NCBI GenBank assembly: GCA_003135555.1
Contig: PLCF01000007.1
Coordinates: 1 to 10,948, forward strand
Length of the DNA: 10,948 nucleotides
Reading direction: 5' to 3'
Source of the DNA: Vulcanimicrobiota bacterium
Lineage (GTDB): Bacteria > Vulcanimicrobiota > Vulcanimicrobiia > Vulcanimicrobiales > Vulcanimicrobiaceae
Of this stretch, positions 1-7,231 are shown one piece after another (position 1 is the stretch's first letter; each line of letters starts with the position of its first letter). The notes below the pieces were generated by a model. The model had not been told where the DNA came from. It did not search any database and saw nothing but the letters and a program-made list of their open reading frames with translations. Both the position numbers and the translations under genes were made by a program.

Positions 1-411
1 CACGCGGTGCTCACGCTGCCGGGGATCGCGGGCTTCGTGCTTTCGATCGGTATGGCCGTCGACGCCAACGTCCTGATCTTCGAGCGGGTCAAGGAAGAGC
101 TGTGGGCCGGAAAGTCGCTGCGCGTCGCGGTGCGCATCGGCTTCCAGCGCGCGTTCAGCTCGGTCTTCGACTCGCACTTCACCACCATCGTCGGTGCGGG
201 CGTGCTGTACTTGCTGGGGACCGGCACGGTGAAGGGCTTCGCCTACACGCTCTTCTGGGGCACTGCGTTCTCGCTGGTGACCGCCGTCGTCATCACGCGC
301 TTCTTCATGGACGTCGTGGTCGAGAACAATCTCGTCACCTCGAAGGCCGCCTACGGCGCCGGCGGCCCCGGCCCGGCCGCGACGATCGCCCCCGCGGAGG
401 CGCGACACTAG
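1..411 (+). CDS. secD: Protein translocase subunit SecD, C-terminal part (5' truncated by the window edge)
   Basis: Frame open from base 1. Contains the SecD signature LTLPGIAGxxLSIGMAVDANVLIFERVKEEL and GTGTVKGFAYTL. The TAG at 409-411 overlaps the secF GTG. Confidence 0.97.
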   Translation, partial: HAVLTLPGIAGFVLSIGMAVDANVLIFERVKEELWAGKSLRVAVRIGFQRAFSSVFDSHFTTIVGAGVLYLLGTGTVKGFAYTLFWGTAFSLVTAVVITRFFMDVVVENNLVTSKAAYGAGGPGPAATIAPAEARH

Positions 412-1781
412 TGTTCTTCCGCAACCTCAATTGGAACGTCGTCGGCTGGTTCCGCACCGTCTCGGCGATCTCGTACGCGTTCATCATCGCCGGCCTGCTC
501 TTCATGGGCTACCACTGGATCCGCGACGGTTCGCCGCTGCGGCTCGGGCTGTCGTTCACCGGCGGTACCGACGTCACGGTGAAGTTCAAGGCCCCGACCT
601 CCAAGGACGCGATCGCCGCCGCGCTGGCGAAGATCAACGTTACCGACGCGCGCATCAACACGCTGTCGAAGGCGGGCGAGCCCGCCGACGAACGCTGGAC
701 CGTGGAGACGCAGACCGACGTCGGCAACCATTCGGCGCCGTTCTGGCAAGCGCTGGGCAGCGTCGCGCCGGTCGATCGCGGAGCGTCTTCGATCTCGACG
801 GTCGGCCCGTCGCTCTCGCGCGAGTACCTCTTCAACGCCATCAAGGCGCTGCTGATCGCGATCGCGATCCAGTTCTTGTACATCGCGTTCCGCTTCGGCT
901 GGAATCTGATCTTCGGTTGGGTCTGCGTCGTCGCGCTGGTGCGCGACTCGCTGATGATGATCGGCATCTACGCGATCGCCGGAAGACGGGTGGACGACGC
1001 CTTCTTGGCCGCGGTCTTGACGGTGATCGGCTACTCGGTCATGGATACGATCGTCATCCTCGACCGGATCCGCGAGAACGTCAAGCTCATGGACGGCAAG
1101 CCGTTCGACGAGATCGTCAACACGTCGATCCTGCAGACGATGACGCGCTCGGTGAACACGCTGGCGACGGTCGTCATCACGCTGATCGCGCTGGTCACCT
1201 TCGGCGGCGCTTCGTTGCAGAATTTCGCGTTCGCGCTGCTGGTCGGCATCTGTTCGGGCGGCTATCACTCGATCTTCTTCTCGGCTCCGCTCGTCGCGGT
1301 GATGCAGAAGCGGGCCAAGCGCAGCAGCATCTTCCGGCGTTCGTCGCTGACCCCCCAACCCCGCACCGTCGCCGCAGCGCGCGGCGGCAGCTCGGCCGGG
1401 GCGCAGCGCGATCGCGAGGCGGTGGCCGCGGCGCGGCGCACGCGGCGCGAGCTCGAGCGCCAAGGTGCCTCGCGGCGGACGACGCAGCCGCCGCGGTACA
1501 AGCGCACGCCCCAAGAACAGATCGACTTCGAGAAGTTGGAGAATCGCAACTTCGGCGCGCAGCTGCCGGTCAAGCCCGAGCCGCAGGTCGCCGACGGCGA
1601 GGCCGATCCGATCGACCCGCTCGACGCGCAGTCGATGGGGCTGCACGACGAGGCGGCGGAGCTGGGCCACGAAGCGATCACGCTCAACCTCGGTGACGAC
1701 GACGTGCCTGCCGACGGCGAGATCAAACTCGACCTCGACAAGCCGGCGGCACCCGAACCCGAACACAAGACGATCCCGTAG
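411..1781 (+). CDS. secF: Protein translocase subunit SecF (456 aa) with a ~157-aa charged C-terminal extension
   Basis: Motifs LGLSFTGGT, TVGPSLSRE, YIAFRF, AAVLTVIGYSVMDTIVILDRIREN, TMTRSVNT and GGYHSIFFSAPL. GTG start at 411 (TAGTG overlap with secD) with GGAGG at 396-400. The ORF-track start at 102 is an artefact. Confidence 0.96.
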   Translation: MFFRNLNWNVVGWFRTVSAISYAFIIAGLLFMGYHWIRDGSPLRLGLSFTGGTDVTVKFKAPTSKDAIAAALAKINVTDARINTLSKAGEPADERWTVETQTDVGNHSAPFWQALGSVAPVDRGASSISTVGPSLSREYLFNAIKALLIAIAIQFLYIAFRFGWNLIFGWVCVVALVRDSLMMIGIYAIAGRRVDDAFLAAVLTVIGYSVMDTIVILDRIRENVKLMDGKPFDEIVNTSILQTMTRSVNTLATVVITLIALVTFGGASLQNFAFALLVGICSGGYHSIFFSAPLVAVMQKRAKRSSIFRRSSLTPQPRTVAAARGGSSAGAQRDREAVAAARRTRRELERQGASRRTTQPPRYKRTPQEQIDFEKLENRNFGAQLPVKPEPQVADGEADPIDPLDAQSMGLHDEAAELGHEAITLNLGDDDVPADGEIKLDLDKPAAPEPEHKTIP

Positions 1782-1833
1782 TGGATTCGGCTTCGCCGAA
1801 CCCGCGGCGGTCGCGCTCCGCGCGACCCGCCGC
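1781..1833 (+). other. Two tandem GC-rich hairpins directly after the secF stop
   Basis: GTGGaTTCGGC-TTC-GCCGAAcCCGC (1781-1805) and GCGGCG-GTCGCGC-TCC-GCGCGAC-C(C)GCCGC (1804-1833). Neither has a U-tract. Confidence 0.45.
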
Positions 1834-1843
1834 CGCGAATCGG

Positions 1844-3796
1844 ATGAAGCTTCCGCCGCCCACGCCCTCGGAGGCCGCGTTCGAGCGGCTGCTCGAGCAA
1901 TTCTCCGTTGCCTCGCCGCCGTCGACCGCGAGCGCGGTTGACGCTGCGCCGGAAGCGAGCGCATTCCTCGACCAGCTCTACGCCAACGCGCACGAGTTTC
2001 TCGACCGCGATCCGTATGCGACGATCGGCGCCGCGAGCGGCTTCAACACCAAAGTCGTGGGGGTGAGCTTCGAGGGGCGTCAAGACGTGGTCGCGGCGCT
2101 GCGTCCCGGCGAGGCGGTGGAGCTGCGCCGGGATCGTGCCAATCGGTTCGATCCCAACGCGATCGGGGTGTGGTTTGGCGCGCTGCAGCTGGGTTTCATC
2201 CGGCGCGAGATCGCGGCGCGCATCGCGCCCAACGTCGATGCCGGCGAGCGCTACGGCGCCGAGGTCACCGCGGTGACCGGGGGTGGGACGCGGTCGTTCG
2301 GGATCAACATCTACGTCACGCGGTTGCGCGAGGCGACGCCGCGCGGCGAGTCGCCGCGCGCGGCCGCGGCGCGCGAGGACGTTCTGCCGTCGCTGATCGG
2401 CGAGCAGCCGCTGCGCGAGGCGCAGCGCGCCGTGCTCGAACGGCTCGACGCGGGACGCAATACGCTCGCGGTGATGGGGACCGGGCGCGGGAAGTCGCTG
2501 TGTTTCCAGTATCCCGCAGCCGTCCGCGCGCTCGAGCGCGGTCACAAGACCGTCGTGCTCTACCCGCTGCGCGCCTTGGCGAACGATCAGTTCGATGCGT
2601 TGGTGCGGCGGCTCGCGCCGCTGGGGCTACGCATCCACCGGGCCAACGGTGCGATCGACGCCGCCGAGCGCGCCGCGCTCAACGATGCGCTCGAATCGGG
2701 TGCCTGGGATCTGATCTGCGCGACGCCTGAGTTCGTGCAGTTCCATCTCGAGCGATTTCGCGGCGAGCTCTCACGGCCGGCGCTCGTCGTCGTCGATGAA
2801 GCCCACCATCTGGCCGAGTCGACGCATCGGCCGGCGTACCAGCGCATCGGTGCGGCGATCGAAGCGCTGGGCGATCCGCAGGTGCTCGCGCTGACCGCGA
2901 CCGCCGGCGACGACGCCTTCGCGAAGATCCGCGCCGCGCTGCGCATCGACGCCTGGGTCATCGACCCCACGGTGCGCGACAACCTGCACGTGGTCGACGC
3001 TCGCGGGACGACCAACAAGCTCGCGTATCTCGAGCGGCTCGTCAGCGACGGAGCGAAGGCGATCGTCTACTGCAACTCGCGCACCGAGGCGACCAAGATC
3101 GCTCAGAAGCTGCATGCCCGCGGCGCGGCGGCGGTCGCCTTTTACCATGCGGGGGTGGGGACGGCCGAGCGAGCCTACGTCGAGAAATTCTTTCGCGAGG
3201 GCGCGATTCGCGTCGTCGTCGCGACGTCGGCGTTCGGGGAGGGGATCGACCTTCCCGACGTGCGCCACGTCGTGCTCTACCATCTCAACTTCGACTTCAC
3301 CGAGTTCAACCAGCAAGCCGGACGGGCGGGCCGCGACGGCGCCGACGCTTCGATCCACCTGTTGTTCGGCGAGAGCGACCGCAACATCAACGATTACCTC
3401 ATCGAACGCGAAGCGCCGACGATGCAGACGCTGCGCCGGCTCTACGCTGCGATGAAACGCTTGACGTCGGACGGGATGCTGCGCATGACGCCCGCCGACG
3501 TCGCCGCGACGCTGGGGTTCGACCGCGTCGAGGCCGGGACGATCACGGCCGCGGTGCGTATCTTCGCCGATGCCGGGATCGTCGACGTCGGCGAAGATGA
3601 CGACGGGCGCTACGTGCGCTTTCTTTCGGTCGACGGCAAGGTCGACTTGGGCAAGTCGGAGCGCTATGCCGAAGGTGAGGCGACGCGCGAGGCCTTCGCG
3701 CGCTTCGCCGAGATCGCGCTGACGGCGCAGGCCGGTGTCCTCGAGGCCGTCATCGACCGCCCGATTTACCCCAGCGCCGTACCGCTGTTGCGCTGA
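1844..3796 (+). CDS. HIRAN-domain RecQ-like DEAH SF2 helicase with a RecJ-C-terminal-like domain (alternative GTG start at 1781)
   Basis: HIRAN-like segment TKVVGVSFEGRQ...LRRDRANRFDPNAIGV...LGFI (about 2042-2323). SF2 motifs GTGRGKS, LYPLRALANDQ, TPE, VVDEAHH, LTATA, IVYCNSR, YHAG, ATSAFGEGIDLPDVRHV and QQAGRAGRDG. Both ATG 1844 and GTG 1781 are in frame. Confidence 0.9.
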   Translation: MKLPPPTPSEAAFERLLEQFSVASPPSTASAVDAAPEASAFLDQLYANAHEFLDRDPYATIGAASGFNTKVVGVSFEGRQDVVAALRPGEAVELRRDRANRFDPNAIGVWFGALQLGFIRREIAARIAPNVDAGERYGAEVTAVTGGGTRSFGINIYVTRLREATPRGESPRAAAAREDVLPSLIGEQPLREAQRAVLERLDAGRNTLAVMGTGRGKSLCFQYPAAVRALERGHKTVVLYPLRALANDQFDALVRRLAPLGLRIHRANGAIDAAERAALNDALESGAWDLICATPEFVQFHLERFRGELSRPALVVVDEAHHLAESTHRPAYQRIGAAIEALGDPQVLALTATAGDDAFAKIRAALRIDAWVIDPTVRDNLHVVDARGTTNKLAYLERLVSDGAKAIVYCNSRTEATKIAQKLHARGAAAVAFYHAGVGTAERAYVEKFFREGAIRVVVATSAFGEGIDLPDVRHVVLYHLNFDFTEFNQQAGRAGRDGADASIHLLFGESDRNINDYLIEREAPTMQTLRRLYAAMKRLTSDGMLRMTPADVAATLGFDRVEAGTITAAVRIFADAGIVDVGEDDDGRYVRFLSVDGKVDLGKSERYAEGEATREAFARFAEIALTAQAGVLEAVIDRPIYPSAVPLLR

Positions 3797-3834
3797 CAGG
3801 TCCACGGACGTCACATGTCAATGGTAGAACGGTC

Positions 3835-4011
3835 ATGAGTAGCGTCGCGATGTTCCGCCTGCGCCTGTTGATCGAGAACGGGCTCTTCGCCGCGCTCGTC
3901 ATCGCGATGCTCGTTTGGAAGCCGGTGTGGTGGATCGCCGTCGCCGCGGTCGTCTGTTACGTGGTTGTGGCGATCCTGTTGCACCGTATGATCCCGCCGC
4001 CGAGCCGCTAG
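3835..4011 (+). CDS. Small two-transmembrane hypothetical protein (58 aa; alternative ATG at 3850)
   Basis: Translated by hand: MSSVAMFRLRLLIENGLFAALVIAMLVWKPVWWIAVAAVVCYVVVAILLHRMIPPPSR*. It has two hydrophobic stretches split by KP and GC-rich third positions, and it fills the gap exactly. Its stop shares CTAG (4008-4011) with the convergent gene. Confidence 0.7.
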   Translation: MSSVAMFRLRLLIENGLFAALVIAMLVWKPVWWIAVAAVVCYVVVAILLHRMIPPPSR

Positions 4012-4496
4012 CAGCCCGCAGGCGGATACTTCGCGCCGTCGACCACCACCCATCCGTTGGCGGCGCCGCGATGTGTCGCGCAGTGCACGTCGTGGATACC
4101 CGCGACGAACGGCCGTTGGCCGGGCGTCGTGCGGAAGTACTGCCCCAGCGCGAACACCGTCGCGCCGCGCGGGGCCGTGACGTGGCCGTCGAGCACGTCG
4201 TTGGTGACGACCTCGACGAGCGCGCTGTGGCCCGCGGGATCGAGCGGCACGCGCAGCGGGATCAACTGGTGGCTGCCGTGCGGGCCCGCGCGCTGCGGGC
4301 GCGACGGCCCGAAGGCGGTCCCGCACACCATGATGCCGTCGACGGGTCCGTCATGCTGCTCGGCGACCAGCTGGGCGAGGCGCGCGTTCACCGCGGCGCT
4401 GCAGCTCGCCGGAACGCTTGCATCGCCGGCGCTCCCCGAGCACGCGCTGGGGGCAACGAGCGACGCGCTCAGCGCGGCAACGAGGATCGAACGCAT
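4008..4496 (-). CDS. Exported putative lipoprotein, DUF3465-like (162 aa)
   Basis: ATG at 4496 gives the signal peptide MRSILVAALSASLVAPSAC. The pattern GSHQL...N...GQY...GIHDVH...H...GWVVVDGAKY matches my recollection of the DUF3465 conservation pattern (HQ..N..GEY..IHWTH..H..GW...G..Y). Confidence 0.7.
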   Translation of the reverse strand: MRSILVAALSASLVAPSACSGSAGDASVPASCSAAVNARLAQLVAEQHDGPVDGIMVCGTAFGPSRPQRAGPHGSHQLIPLRVPLDPAGHSALVEVVTNDVLDGHVTAPRGATVFALGQYFRTTPGQRPFVAGIHDVHCATHRGAANGWVVVDGAKYPPAGC

Positions 4497-4558
4497 GCCG
4501 CAGCGTTCGACGTGGTGCCCCCAGGGCCCACGCCCAGCTCGGGACAATGGACGAATCG

Positions 4559-5002
4559 ATGCGTGCCGCCGGCCTCGTCCCGATCGCCGCCCTCGCCGTC
4601 CTTTTCGGCGTCTCCGGGTGCACGAACTCAACGTCGACCGAGGCGCCGCACGCGCACGCACCCGCGCCCAAGAACCCCGATCTCAGCGACGTGATGGAGC
4701 GGTTCTACCAGCAGGTCGAGGGCGGCCACTGGGCCATCGCCTACGGGATGCTTTCGCCGCGCTACCGGGCGCGCCTGACGCAGCAGCAGTTCGCGGACCG
4801 CTACGTCGTTCTGGTCGACCCGAACGTGCGCGCGCGCCAGCTCTCCGACCGAACCGTCGTCGCGTGGCTCGACGCCGGCGATCGGGCGCACTCCGGCCGT
4901 GCGGTGCACGTCCGCGAAACGGTGACCCTCGCCTGGGACGGCGAGCAGTGGACGATCGATGCGATCGAGCGGCGCGGCATCAGCCCGGGCGATACGCGCT
5001 GA
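4559..5002 (+). CDS. Putative lipoprotein, probable NTF2-like fold (147 aa; alternative ATG at 4547)
   Basis: Signal peptide ending in the lipobox VSG-C, followed by a low-complexity linker. The pattern VMERFYQQV...AYGMLSP...QQFADRY...VTLAWDGEQWTID is typical of NTF2-like lipoproteins. The 3' end overlaps the convergent GT gene by 23 nt. Confidence 0.72.
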   Translation: MRAAGLVPIAALAVLFGVSGCTNSTSTEAPHAHAPAPKNPDLSDVMERFYQQVEGGHWAIAYGMLSPRYRARLTQQQFADRYVVLVDPNVRARQLSDRTVVAWLDAGDRAHSGRAVHVRETVTLAWDGEQWTIDAIERRGISPGDTR

Positions 5003-6146
5003 GCAGCTCCCCGACGACCGGCGCGGCGCGAAAGCGTTCGGCATCCCGGCGCGCGCGCGCGCCCATGCGCTCGCGGCGGCTGCGGTCGTCGAGCAGCGCC
5101 GCGATCGCGCCGGCGAGCGCGCGCTCGTCGGCGGCGGGGACGGCTACGCCGTTGACGCCGTCGTCGAGCCACGTGCGCACACCGCCGACATCGTAGGCGA
5201 TCACCGGACGGCCGCGCGCTAGGGCTTCGATCCCGGTGTATCCGAACGGTTCCGCCCAGAGCGAGGGCAGCACGACCAGCGCCGCGTCGTCGATCGCGGC
5301 GCGCACCGTCTCGGCCGGCACGCGGCCGGGCGCGTCGAGGTTGACCCCGGCTCGCGCCGCCTCGTCGCGCGCAGCGGCCAGCTCGGAACCGTCGCCGAAC
5401 GCGCGCACCAGCGGGCGTGCGTCCGCGGCGATGCGTGATACCGCGCGGATCAGCGATCCCAGCCCTTTTTGCGGGACGACCCGGCCGGCGAACACGATTG
5501 AGCGTTGCGCCGGCGCTGCGACCTGCTCGGCGTAGGCGTCGTCGGGGAGCGGCAGCGGGATCTCCACGATGCGCTCGCGCGGGATGCGGCTCTGCGCGGC
5601 GCGCTCGGCGACGTAGCGCGACGCCGCGATCACCGTGTCGGCCGCGGCGATGGCGTCGCGCAGCTGTACGCGGCGCCGGATCAGCGCGAGCGTGCGCGGC
5701 CGCAGCCCGTACGCGCAGCCGTCGGTGACGGCGTGCAGAACGCACGCGCGGCCCAACGCCCGGGTGCAGTTGCGTCCGCTGCGCGGAAAGACGCGGTCGC
5801 CGTTGGGGCAGCACGGGCGGTGATCGTGGATGTGATAGGCCAAGCGCGGTGCTGCACGCAGCTCCGTCACGATCCCGGCATCCATCACGTTGTGCGCGAC
5901 CGCGATGTCAGGGCCGAACTCGGCCAGGGCGCGCCGCGCCTCCGACCGCGCCGCGCCGTCGGGGGGATCGTGTTCGTCGGCCCAAGCGACGCGCTGCGCG
6001 GTGACGCCGGCAGGGACGGCGTCGACCTCGCGGGCGAGCACGTGCAGCGTCGCACCGCGCTCCGCCAGCGCCGCCAGCACGATCTCCACGTAGCGCTCCA
6101 TCCCACCAGCTCGGCCGAGCCGCTCAACGGCGACGAGGATTCGCAT
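4980..6146 (-). CDS. Glycosyltransferase family 4 (GT-B fold) with a Cys-rich insert (388 aa)
   Basis: Starts MRILVAVE...GGMERY. Contains HIHDHRPCCP, FAGRVVPQKG and PSLWAEPFGYTGIEALARGRPV (ExF-x4-EA motif). ATG at 6146 overlaps the upstream TGA by 1 nt. Confidence 0.92.
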   Translation of the reverse strand: MRILVAVERLGRAGGMERYVEIVLAALAERGATLHVLAREVDAVPAGVTAQRVAWADEHDPPDGAARSEARRALAEFGPDIAVAHNVMDAGIVTELRAAPRLAYHIHDHRPCCPNGDRVFPRSGRNCTRALGRACVLHAVTDGCAYGLRPRTLALIRRRVQLRDAIAAADTVIAASRYVAERAAQSRIPRERIVEIPLPLPDDAYAEQVAAPAQRSIVFAGRVVPQKGLGSLIRAVSRIAADARPLVRAFGDGSELAAARDEAARAGVNLDAPGRVPAETVRAAIDDAALVVLPSLWAEPFGYTGIEALARGRPVIAYDVGGVRTWLDDGVNGVAVPAADERALAGAIAALLDDRSRRERMGARARRDAERFRAAPVVGELLSAYRPG

Positions 6147-7231
6147 CAGGCGTGTGCCGCCAGGGCGCGCGCGTACGCTTCGAGCGTCGCCGTCCCGGTA
6201 CGCTGCCAGGTCAGCGCCCCCAGGCGCCGTTCGAGCGTGTCGCCGCGGTCGCGCGGGCCGCGGTCCAGCGCGCGCAGCACCGCGGCGCGGATCGACGCGG
6301 GGTCGGCGGGATCGGCGTAGTCGACGTCGGAGCCGAAGTACTCGCGTTCGCAGCCGCGGTCTCCGGCCACGACGCGTGCGCCCGTCGCCGCCGCTTCGAG
6401 CGAGGCCAGTCCCGGACTCTCCAGCCACGACGGGTGCGCGTGGACGGCCGCCTGCGACATCATGCGCACGACCTCGTCGTGCGGCGCGTGCTCGACGAAG
6501 CGCGTGCGCGGCGTCGACCACCGTTTGCACAGCGCGAGATAGCCCGGGTCGTGCGCGCCGCCGACGATCGTCACGTCGACGTCCACGTCACGCAGCGCGT
6601 ACAGCAGCGCGGCCTGATTCTTCTTGGGCTCGACGCGGCCCGCGCAGAGCACGCCGGACCGTGCGCGCGGACGCTCGAGGGCGAACGCCTCGTCGTCGAC
6701 CCCCAGCGGTGCGACGACGAACGGTGTGCCCGAGACGCGCAGGCGCTCACCGTAGAGGTATGCCTCGACCTCGCTGGCCGGCAGCAGCACGTCGGCGGCC
6801 AGCGCGAGCGCGCGTTGGGCGTGCAGGCGCCGGTCGGCGTTGCGGGCGATGCTCCCGCGCCAGGGCAGCTCGGATTCGATGCGGTGCAGCCGCGCCAAGC
6901 GGTGCTCGACCGCGGCGGCGGCGCGCGCCGCCAGCGCGCGTTCCACCCGCGGAGCGACGGCGAAGAAGGCGCGCAGGTCGAGCCAGATCGGCGAGAGCAC
7001 CAGCGGGGTGCCGTGCGCGCGGATCGCGCCGATCTGCTTCGCGGCGCGCTCGGGTTCGAAGATGCCGAAAACGTGCGCGACGTCGTACCCGCGCGGATCG
7101 GGAGCGTCGGTGAAGACGAGATCGACGTCGGCGCCCAGCGCGCGCAACGCCGTCGCGGTGCGCTGCGCGTGCACGATGTCGCCGCCGTGCTTGCGAGCGC
7201 CGTCGGCGCGCGCGACCAGCAGCGCCCTCAC
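6146..7231 (-). CDS. Glycosyltransferase family 4 (361 aa)
   Basis: Motifs GGDIVHAQRT, AGRVEPKKNQ and PSWLESPGLASLEAAATG. GTG start in a GTGA overlap with the upstream stop. Confidence 0.92.
   Translation of the reverse strand: MRALLVARADGARKHGGDIVHAQRTATALRALGADVDLVFTDAPDPRGYDVAHVFGIFEPERAAKQIGAIRAHGTPLVLSPIWLDLRAFFAVAPRVERALAARAAAAVEHRLARLHRIESELPWRGSIARNADRRLHAQRALALAADVLLPASEVEAYLYGERLRVSGTPFVVAPLGVDDEAFALERPRARSGVLCAGRVEPKKNQAALLYALRDVDVDVTIVGGAHDPGYLALCKRWSTPRTRFVEHAPHDEVVRMMSQAAVHAHPSWLESPGLASLEAAATGARVVAGDRGCEREYFGSDVDYADPADPASIRAAVLRALDRGPRDRGDTLERRLGALTWQRTGTATLEAYARALAAHA

Noticed and set aside
102..410. N-terminal extension of the 559-aa secF ORF
   Set aside because: It overlaps secD in another frame and gives Arg/His-rich nonsense. 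The real start is GTG 411 with a GGAGG SD.
1844..3796. Assigning the symbol recQ or recJ
   Set aside because: There is no RQC Zn site or HRDC domain and the aromatic loop is degenerate, so it is not canonical RecQ. There are no DHH motifs, so it is not RecJ.
408..3814. Long antisense and alternate-frame ORFs (408-1964, 431-1696, 1265-2545, 2771-3814 and others)
   Set aside because: These are shadow ORFs of secF and the helicase, expected in high-GC DNA. They are Arg/Ala-rich with no motifs.
3815..3838. 7-codon uORF MSMVERS* overlapping the ATG at 3835 (ATGA)
   Set aside because: It has no SD and no informative codons, so it is likely chance.
4487..4510. LexA/SOS box near a repair helicase
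   Set aside because: The spacing is TCGAAC-N12-GTTCGA rather than N4, and it is not upstream of the helicase.
3811..5196. ORFs 3811-4326(-), 3915-4694(+), 4057-5196(+) and 4628-5044(-)
   Set aside because: They overlap better-supported genes with signal peptides and have non-protein-like composition.
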